Assembly (NCBI RefSeq): GCF_009914755.1
Contig: NC_060948.1
From: the human T2T-CHM13v2.0 reference genome, Homo sapiens
Direction: 5' to 3' (one strand)
DNA: 64,000 nt
The position numbers were made by a program, and so were the translations under genes. Shown here piece after piece: positions 54,181 to 64,000 of this stretch (the stretch's first letter is position 1; the number at the start of each line of letters is the position of its first letter). Under the pieces are notes generated by a model. It ran no database searches and was not told where the DNA came from. It worked only from the letters and a program-made list of their open reading frames with translations.

Positions 54181-57100
54181 GGCCTGGAATAAAGTGGAAT
54201 GCTACGGTCTCGAATGGAATAAAAATGTATGGAATGGAATGCAATGAAATGGAATCGAATGTCATAGAATGTAATGGAATGCAAAAAAATGGAATCCAAA
54301 ATCATTGACTGGAAAGGCTGGGTGTCGAAAGTAATTGACTCCAATGGAATGGAATCGAATGGAATGGAAGTGAATAGAATCGAACTAAATCGAATGGAAT
54401 GGAATTGATAGGAACGGAATGGAAAGGAATGCAATGATTTGGCACGGAATGGAATCGAATGGCATCGAATGGAATGGAATGGAATGCAATGGAATGGAAT
54501 GTATTAGAATGTAATGAACTTTAATGGAATGTACTCGAATGGATTCGACTGGAATGGAATGTTCTGGAAGTGAATGGACTCCAATGGAATGGATTCAAAA
54601 GGAATGGAATCGTACGGAATGGAATCTAATGGAATGGAATTAAATGGAAATGAATCAAATTGAATAGCACGGAATTGAATTGAATGGAATCGAATGCAAT
54701 GGAATCTAATGAAACGGAAAGGAAAGGAATGGAATGGAATAGAATGGGCTGGAATGGAAAGGAATCGAAACGAATGGAATGGAATCGAACTGAAGAGACT
54801 GGAATGGAATGCACTGGAATGGAAGGGAGTGTAATGGAAGGTTCTCGAAAAAAATGGAATCGAATGGAATGGAATTGAATGGAACGGAATAGAGTCGAAT
54901 GGAATTGAATGGAATGGAATGGACTAGAGTGAAATGGAATCGAACCACAAGGAATGGACAGGAATAGAATGGTCTCGAATTGAATGGAATCGTATGGAAT
55001 GGCATCAAACGGAATGGAATGGACAGCCACGGAATGGAATGCACTCGAATGCAATGGAGTCGAAACTAACGGACTGGAATAGAATGGACTCGACTGGTAC
55101 GGACTCCAATGGAATGGAATCGAATGGAAGGGAATCGAACGGAATGGACTCGAAGGGAAAAGACTGCAATGGAAAGGTCTCGAATGGAATGGAAATTAAT
55201 GGAATGGAATGGAATCGAATGAAATGGAGTCAAAAGGAATGGAATCGAATGGCAAGAAATCGAATGTAATGGAATCGCAAGGAATTGATGTGAACGGAAA
55301 GGAATGGAATGGAATCCAAAGGAATGGAATAGAATGGAATGGAATCGAATGGAAAGGACTCGAATGGAAATCACTCGAATAGAATGCAATTTAATAAAAT
55401 AGGATCAAATGTAATGGAATGGAATGGAAAGGAATCGAAACGAAAGGAATGGAGACAGATGGAATGGAATGGAACAGAGAGCGATGGTATAGAATGGAAT
55501 GGAATCATCTGGAATGGAATTGAATGGAATGGAATAATATGAAATGGAATGGAATGGAATGGAATGGAATGCCCTTGAATTAAATGGACTGGACTCGAAC
55601 AGAGTGGAATGGAAAGTGTTGAGATAGAATGGAATGGACTCCTTTGGAATGGTCTAGTAAGCAATGCAATCGACTGGCAGGGAATCAAAAGGAATGTAAT
55701 GGAATGGATTGGACTGGAATGCAATGGACTCGAATAGATTGGAAACGGAATGCAAAGGAATGGAATGGAATAGTATGGAATGGAAAGAAATGGAATGGAA
55801 AGGATTCGAATGGAATGCAATCGAATGGAATGGAATCGAACGGAATGGAATAAAATGGAAGAAAACTGGCAAGAAATGGAATCGAAATGAATGGAGTGTT
55901 ATGGAAGGGACTCAAAAGGAATTGAATGTAATAGAATGGAGTGGAGTGGACTCGAATATAATGGACTGGAATGGAATGAAATCACATGGAATGGGAACGA
56001 ATGGAATGGAATGGAAAGGAATGGAATCGAATGGAAAGGAATCGAATGGAAGGGAATGAAATTGAATCAACAGGAATGGAAGGGAATAGAATAGACTGTA
56101 ATGGAATGGACTCGAATAGAATGGACACGAATGCTCAAATTAAATGGACTCGAATGGAATGGAAACGAAAGGAATGTCATCGAAAGGAATTGAATGGATT
56201 GGAGTGAAATCGCATAGAATGGAGTGGAATCAAATGGAATTGAATCGAAAGGAAAGGAAGCGAATGGACTGAAATGAAATGGAATGGAATTGAATGGAAA
56301 GTAATGCAATGGAATAGAATGGAACGAAATTTCACGGAATGGAATCAAACTGAATGGAATCAAATCAATGGAATCAAATCAAATGGAATGGAAAGGAATT
56401 GAATGGAGTAGATGGGATTGGATGGGATTGGAATGAAATGTACTGGAAAGGACTCGAATTTCATGAAACGGAATGGAATGAATTGGAACGGAATGGACTC
56501 GAATGGAATGGAATGTCATGGAATGGCATCAAATGGAATGGCATCAAATGGAATGGAATCGAATGCAATGGAATGCTATGGAATGGAATGGAATGCATTG
56601 GAATGGAATGTCCTCTAATGGAATGGATTCGAGTGGAATGGAATTGAATATAATGGAGTCGAATGAAATGGAATTGAAAGGAATGGGATCGAATACAATG
56701 GAATATACTGGAATGTAATGTAATGAACTCGAATGTAATTGACTGGAATGGAATGTACATGAATGGAATGTAATCGAATGGAAAGTAATCCAATGGAATA
56801 GAATCTAATGCAATAAAATCGACTCAGATAGAGTAGAATGTAATGGAATGGAGTGCAGTGCAATGGAATGGAATGGAATGGAATGCAATGGAATGGAATG
56901 GAATGGAATGGAATGGAATGGAATGGGATGGGATGGAATTGTATGGAATGGATAGTAATGGACTGGAGTGAAATGGACTGGAAAGGAATGGACTCAAATT
57001 GAAAGGGCTCGAAAGGAATGGAGTCAAATGGAATGGTCTGGAATGGAATGAACACGAATGTAATGCAACCCAATAGAATGGAATCGAATGGCATGGAATA

Positions 57101-57294
57101 TAAAGAAATGGAATCGAAGAGAATGGAAACAAATGGAATGGAATTGAATGGAATGGAATTGAATGGAATGGGAACGAATGGAGTGAAATTGTATGCAGTA
57201 GAAGAGAATAGAATGGAATGCAAGCGAAAGGAAAGGAATGGATTGGAATGGAATGGAATTCATTGGAATGGAAGGGAATGTAGTGTAATGGACA
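54181..57294 (-). repeat. DYZ1: Short 3114 bp DYZ1 unit with an internal ~440 bp deletion, junction at ~55786
   Basis: TAGTATGGAATGGAA-A-GAAATGGAATGGAAAGGATT joins the equivalent of 3390 to 3831. Confidence 0.9.
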
Positions 57295-60200
57295 GGCCTG
57301 GAATAAAGTGGAATGATACGGTCTCGAATGGAATAAAAATGTATGGAATGGAATGCAATGAAACGGAATCGAATGTCATAGAATGTAATGGAATGCAAAA
57401 AAATGGAATCCAAAATCATTGACTGGAAAGGCTGGGTGTCGAAAGGAATTGACTCCAATGGAATGGAATCGAATGGAATGGAAGTGAATAGAATCGAACT
57501 AAATCGAATGGAATGGAATTGATAGGAACGGAATGGAAAGGAATGCAATCATTTGGCATGGAATGGAATCGAATGGCATCGAATGGAATGGAATGGAATG
57601 CAATGGAATGGAATGTATTAGAATGTAATGAACTTTAATGGAATGTACTCGAATGGATTCGACTGGAATGGAATGTTCTGGAAGTGAATGGACTCCAATG
57701 GAATGGATTCAAAAGGAATGGAATCGTACGGAATGGAATCTAATGGAATGGAATTAAATGGAAATGAATCAAATTGAATAGCACGGAATTGAATTGAATG
57801 GAATCGAATGCAATGGAATCTAATGAAACGGAAAGGAAAGGCATGGAATGGAATGGAATGGGCTGGAATGGAAAGGAATCGAAACGAATGGAATGGAATC
57901 GAACTGAAGAGACTGGAATGGAATGCACTGGAATGGAAGGGAGTGTAATGGAAGGTTCTCGAAAAAAATGGAATCGAATGGAATGGAATTGAATGGAACG
58001 GAATAGAGTCGAATGGAATTGAATGGAATGGAATGGACTAGAGTGAAATGGAATCGAACCACAAGGAATGGACAGGAATAGAATGGTCTCGAATTGAATG
58101 GAATCGTATGGAATGGCATCAAACGGAATGGAATGGACAGCCACGGAATGGAATGCACTCGAATGCAATGGAGTCGAATCTAATGGACTGGAATAGAATG
58201 GATTCGACTGGTACGGACTCCAATGGAATGGAATCGAATGGAAGGGAATCGAACGGAATGGACTCGAAGGGAAAAGACTGCAATGGAAAGGTCTCGAATA
58301 GAATGGAAATTAATGGAATGGAATGGAATCGAATGAAATGGAGTCAAAAGGAATGGAATCGAATGGCAAGAAATCGAATGTAATGGAATCGCCAGGAATT
58401 GATGTGAACGGAACGGAATGGAATGGAATCCAAAGGAATGGAATAGAATGGAATGGAATCGAATGGAAAGGACTCGAATGGAAATCACTCGAATAGAATG
58501 CAATTTAATAAAATAGGATCAAATGTAATGGAATGGAATGGAAACGAATCGAAACGAAAGGAATGGAGTCAGATGGAATGGAATGGAACAGAGAGCAATG
58601 GTATAGAATGGAATGGAATCATCTGGAATGGAATTGAATGGAATGGAATAATATGAAATGGAATGGAATGGAATGGAATGGAATGCCCTTGAATTAAATG
58701 GACTGGACTCGAACAGAGTGGAATGGAAAGTGTTGAGATAGAATGGAATGGACTCCTTTGGAATGGTCTAGTATGCAATGCAATCGACTGGCAGGGAATC
58801 AAAAGGAATGTAATCGAATGGATTGGACTGGAATGCAATGGACTCGAATAGATTGGAAACGGAATGCAAAGGAATGGAATGGAATAGTATGGAATGGAAT
58901 GGAAAGGAATGGAGTGGAATAGACTAGAGTGGAATGGAATGGACTGGAAAGCAATGGACAGGAATGGAACATTCTTGAATGGACTGGAATCAAACGGAAT
59001 GGAATGCAATGCAATCAAATGGCATGCAATAAAATAGAATGAAAGAGAATCAAATGGAATTGAATCGAATGGAATCGAATGGATTGGAAAGGAATAGAAT
59101 GGAATGGAATTGACTAAAATGGAATGGACTAGAATGGAATGGATTCGAATGGAAGGCAAAGGAATGGAATCTATTTTAATGGACAGTAATGGAATGGAAT
59201 GGAAAGGATTGGAATGGACTCGAATGGAATGAACTGCAATAGAAAGGATTCGAATGGAATGAAAAAGAATTGAATGGAATAGAACAGAATGGAATCAAAT
59301 CGAATGAAATGGAATGGAATAGAAAGGAATGGAATGAAATGGAATGGAAAGGATTCGAATGGAATGTAATCGAATGGAATGGAATCGAACGGAATGGAAT
59401 AAAATGGAAGAAAACTGGCAAGAAATGGAATCGAAATGAATGGAGTGTTATGGAACGGACTCAAAAGGAATTGAATGTAATAGAATGGAGTGGAGTGGAC
59501 TCGAATATAATGGACTGGAATGGAATGAAATCACATGGAATGGGAACGAATAGAATGGAATGGAAAGGAATGGAATCGAATGGAAATGAATCGAATGGAA
59601 GGGAATGAAACTGAATCAACAGGAATGGAAGGGAATAGAATAGACGGTAATGGAATGGACTCGAATAGAATGGACACGAATGCTCAAATTGAATGGACTC
59701 GAATGGAATGGAAACGAAAGGAATGTCATCGAATGGAATTGAATCGATTGGAATGAAATCGCATAGAATGGAGTGGAATCAAATGGAATTGAATCGAAAG
59801 GAAAGGAAGCGAACGGACTGAAATGAAATGGAATGGAATTGAATGGAAAGTAATGCAATGGAATAGAATGGAACGAAATTTCACGGAATGGAATCAAACT
59901 GAATGGAATCAAATCAATGGAATCAAATCAAATGGAATGGAAAGGAATTGAATGGAGTAGATGGGATTGGATGGGATTGGAATGAAATGTACTGGAAAGG
60001 ACTCGAATTTCATGAAACGGAATGGAATGAATTGGAACGGAATGGACTCGAATGGAATGGAATGTCATGGAATGGCATCAAATGGAATGGCATCAAATGG
60101 AATGGAATCGAATGCAATGGAATGCTATGGAATGGAATGGAATGCATTGGAATGGAATGTCCTCTAATGGAATGGATTCGAGTGGAATGGAATCGAATAT

Positions 60201-60813
60201 AATGGAGTCGAATGAAATGGAATTGAAAGGAATGGGATCGAATACAATGGAATATACTGGAATGTAACGTAATGAACTCGAATGTAATTGACTGGAATGG
60301 AATGTACATGAATGGAATGTAATCGAATGGAAAGTAATCCAATGGAATAGAATCTAATGCAATAAAATCGACTCAGATAGAGTAGAATGTAATGGAATGG
60401 AGTGCAGTGCAATGGAATGGAATGGAATGGAATGCAATGGAATGGAATGGGATGGAATGGTATGGAATGGATAGTAATGGACTGGAGTGAAATGGACTGG
60501 AAAGGAATGGACTCAAATTGAAAGGGCTCGAAAGGAATGGAGACAAATGGAATGGTCTGGAATGGAATGAACACGAATGTAATGCAATCCAATAGAATGG
60601 AGTCGAATGGCATGGAATATAAAGAAATGGAATCGAAGAGAATGGAAACAAATGGAATGGAATTGAATGGAATGGAACTGAATGGAATGGGAACGAATGG
60701 AGTGAAATTGTATGCAGTAGAAGGGAATAGAATGGAATGCAAGCGAAAGGAAAGGAATGGATTGGAATGGAATGGAATTCATTGGAATGGAAGGGAATGT
60801 AGTGTAATGGACA

Positions 60814-63800
60814 GGCCTGGAATAAAGTGGAATGCTACGGTCTCGAATGGAATAAAAATGTATGGAATGGAATGCAATGAAACGGAATCGAATGTCATAG
60901 AATGTAATGGAATGCAAAAAAATGGAATCCAAAATCATTGACTGGAAAGGCTGGGTGTCGAAAGGAATTGACTCCAATGGAATGGAATCGAATGGAATGG
61001 AAGTGAATAGAATCGAACTAAATCGAATGGAATGGAATTGATAGGAACGGAATGGAAAGGAATGCAATGATTTGGCATGGAATGGAATCGAATGGCATCG
61101 AATGGAATGGAATGGAATGCAATGGAATGGAATGTATTAGAATGTAATGAACTTTAATGGAATGCACTCGAATGGATTCGACTGGAATGGAATGTTCTGG
61201 AAGTGAATGGACTCCAATGGAATGGATTCAAAAGGAATGGAATCGTACGGAATGGAATCTAATGGAATGGAATTAAATGGAAATGAATCAAATTGAATAG
61301 CACGGAATTGAATTGAATGGAATCGAATGCAATGGAATCTAATGAAACGGAAAGGAAAGGAATGGAATGGAATAGAATGGGCTGGAATGGAAAGGAATCG
61401 AAACGAATGGAATGGAATCGAACTGAAGAGACTGGAATGGAATGCACTGGAATGGAAGGGAGTGTAATGGAAGGTTCTCGAAAAAAATGGAATCGAATGG
61501 AATGGAATTGAATGGAACGGAATAGAGTCGAATGGAATTGAATGGAATGGAATGGACTAGAGTGAAATGGAATCGAACCACAAGGAATGGACAGGAATAG
61601 AATGGTCTCGAATTGAATGGAATCGTATGGAATGGCATCAAACGGAATGGAATGGACAGCCACGGAATGGAATGCACTCGAATGCAATGGAGTCGAAACT
61701 AACGGACTGGAATAGAATGGACTCGACTGGTACGGACTCCAATGGAATGGAATCGAATGGAAGGGAATCGAACGGAATGGACTCGAAGGGAAAAGACTGC
61801 AATGGAAAGGTCTCGAATGGAATGGAAATTAATGGAATGGAATGGAATCGAATGAAATGGAGTCAAAAGGAATGGAATCGAATGGCAAGAAATCGAATGT
61901 AATGGAATCGCAAGGAATTGATGTGAACGGAACGGAATGGAATGGAATCCAAAGGAATGGAATAGAATGGAATGGAATCGAATGGAAAGGACTCGAATGG
62001 AAATCACTCGAATAGAATGCAATTTAATAAAATAGGATCAAATGTAATGGAATGGAATGGAAAGGAATCGAAACGAAAGGAATGGAGACAGATGGAATGG
62101 AATGGAACAGAGAGCGATGGTATAGAATGGAATGGAATCATCTGGAATGGAATTGAATGGAATGGAATAATATGAAATGGAATGGAATGGAATGGAATGG
62201 AATGCCCTTGAATTAAATGGACTGGACTCGAACAGAGTGGAATGGAAAGTGTTGAGATAGAATGGAATGGACTCCTTTGGAATGGTCTAGTAAGCAATGC
62301 AATCGACTGGCAGGGAATCAAAAGGAATGTAATGGAATGGATTGGACTGGAATGCAATGGACTCGAATAGATTGGAAACGGAATGCAAAGGAATGGAATG
62401 GAATAGTATGGAATGGAAAGAAATGGAATGGAAAGGATTTGAATGGAATGCAATCGAATGGAATGGAATCGAACGGAATGGAATAAAATGGAAGAAAACT
62501 GGCAAGAAATGGAATCGAAATGAATGGAGTGTTATGGAAGGGACTCAAAAGGAATTGAATGTAATAGAATGGAGTGGAGTGGACTCGAATATAATGGACT
62601 GGAATGGAATGAAATCACATGGAATGGGAACGAATGGAATGGAATGGAAAGGAATGGAATCGAATGGAAAGGAATCGAATGGAAGGGAATGAAATTGAAT
62701 CAACAGGAATGGAAGGGAATAGAATAGACTGTAATGGAATGGACTCGAATAGAATGGACACGAATGCTCAAATTAAATGGACTCGAATGGAATGGAAACG
62801 AAAGGAATGTCATCGAAAGGAATTGAATGGATTGGAGTGAAATCGCATAGAATGGAGTGGAATCAAATGGAATTGAATCGAAAGGAAAGGAAGCGAATGG
62901 ACTGAAATGAAATGGAATGGAATTGAATGGAAAGTAATGCAATGGAATAGAATGGAACGAAATTTCACGGAATGGAATCAAACTGAATGGAATCAAATCA
63001 ATGGAATCAAATCAAATGGAATGGAAAGGAATTGAATGGAGTAGATGGGATTGGATGGGATTGGAATGAAATGTACTGGAAAGGACTCGAATTTCATGAA
63101 ACGGAATGGAATGAATTGGAACGGAATGGACTCGAATGGAATGGAATGTCATGGAATGGCATCAAATGGAATGGCATCAAATGGAATGGAATCGAATGCA
63201 ATGGAATGCTATGGAATGGAATGGAATGCATTGGAATGGAATGTCCTCTAATGGAATGGATTCGAGTGGAATGGAATTGAATATAATGGAGTCGAATGAA
63301 ATGGAATTGAAAGGAATGGGATCGAATACAATGGAATATACTGGAATGTAATGTAATGAACTCGAATGTAATTGACTGGAATGGAATGTACATGAATGGA
63401 ATGTAATCGAATGGAAAGTAATCCAATGGAATAGAATCTAATGCAATAAAATCGACTCAGATAGAGTAGAATGTAATGGAATGGAGTGCAGTGCAATGGA
63501 ATGGAATGGAATGGAATGCAATGGAATGGAATGGAATGGAATGGAATGGAATGGAATGGAATGGGATGGGATGGAATTGTATGGAATGGATAGTAATGGA
63601 CTGGAGTGAAATGGACTGGAAAGGAATGGACTCAAATTGAAAGGGCTCGAAAGGAATGGAGTCAAATGGAATGGTCTGGAATGGAATGAACACGAATGTA
63701 ATGCAACCCAATAGAATGGAATCGAATGGCATGGAATATAAAGAAATGGAATCAAAGAGAATGGAAACAAATGGAATGGAATTGAATGGAATGGAATTGA

Positions 63801-63932
63801 ATGGAATGGGAACGAATGGAGTGAAATTGTATGCAGTAGAAGAGAATAGAATGGAATGCAAGCGAAAGGAAAGGAATGGATTGGAATGGAATGGAATTCA
63901 TTGGAATGGAAGGGAATGTAGTGTAATGGACA
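60814..63932 (-). repeat. DYZ1: Short 3119 bp DYZ1 unit with the same ~440 bp deletion, junction at ~62419
   Basis: The identical junction sequence lies 6633 bp downstream of the first, with shared private SNVs. Confidence 0.9.
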
Positions 63933-64000
63933 GGCCTGGAATAAAGTGGAATGCTACGGTCTCGAATGGAATAAAAATGTATGGAATGGAATGCAATGAA

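Larger units (their letters stand above)
1..64000 (-). repeat. DYZ1: Human satellite 3 (HSat3) DYZ1 array, Yq12-type ~3.56 kb repeat of diverged GGAAT/TTCCA pentamers, about 18.5 units head-to-tail
   Basis: Continuous degenerate GGAAT pentamers. GGCC in ACAGGCCTGG starts at 1776, 5340, 8844, 12364, 15928, 19497, 23060, 25938, 29502, 33041, 36565, 40105, 43609, 47113, 50642, 54181, 57295, 60814 and 63933. Three intervals are exactly 3564 bp, the classical DYZ1 EcoRI/HaeIII unit length. One GAATTC per unit was seen (first at 1737-1742). The TTCCA strand is the - strand. Confidence 0.97.

Noticed and set aside
1-64000. CRISPR-like or repeat-spacer system
   Set aside because: There are no unique spacers and no associated genes; all sequence is degenerate pentamer in near-identical 3.5 kb units.
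1-64000. DYZ2/HSat1B, Alu or L1 insertion, or strand inversion
   Set aside because: I saw no AT-rich or Alu-like segment and no CATTC-strand block on the + strand. The window appears to be interior to a single DYZ1 block.
1-64000. HSATII or chr9-type HSat3 identity
   Set aside because: The CATTCGATTC/ATGATG-type HSat2 pattern is not dominant, and the 3564 bp period with single EcoRI/HaeIII sites and four phase slips fits DYZ1.

Overview
The whole 64 kb window is one uninterrupted head-to-tail array of human satellite 3, (GGAAT)n on the + strand and (CATTC/TTCCA)n on the - strand. It is organised as the ~3.56 kb DYZ1 repeat of Yq12 heterochromatin. A single GGACAGGCCTGGAATAAAGTGG motif (HaeIII/StuI, with an EcoRI site 39 bp upstream) recurs 19 times and defines 18 complete units of 3564, 3504, 3520, 3564, 3569, 3563, 2878, 3564, 3539, 3524, 3540, 3504, 3504, 3529, 3539, 3114, 3519 and 3119 bp. 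I see no genes, RNA genes, mobile elements, DYZ2/Alu blocks or inversions, and all ORFs are pentamer translation artefacts. I did not find a new protein-coding system. Three kinds of signal merit a second look. First, up to three perfect, pentamer-phased heat-shock elements (nGAAn-nTTCn-nGAAn) lie at fixed positions in the unit. Second, the rearrangement history is readable: a 2878 bp microhomology tandem duplication, a 440 bp deletion amplified at 6633 bp spacing, near-identical neighbouring units and long-range mosaic paralogy. Third, unit length varies mostly in 15 bp steps. All comparisons were made by eye, so breakpoints are approximate.
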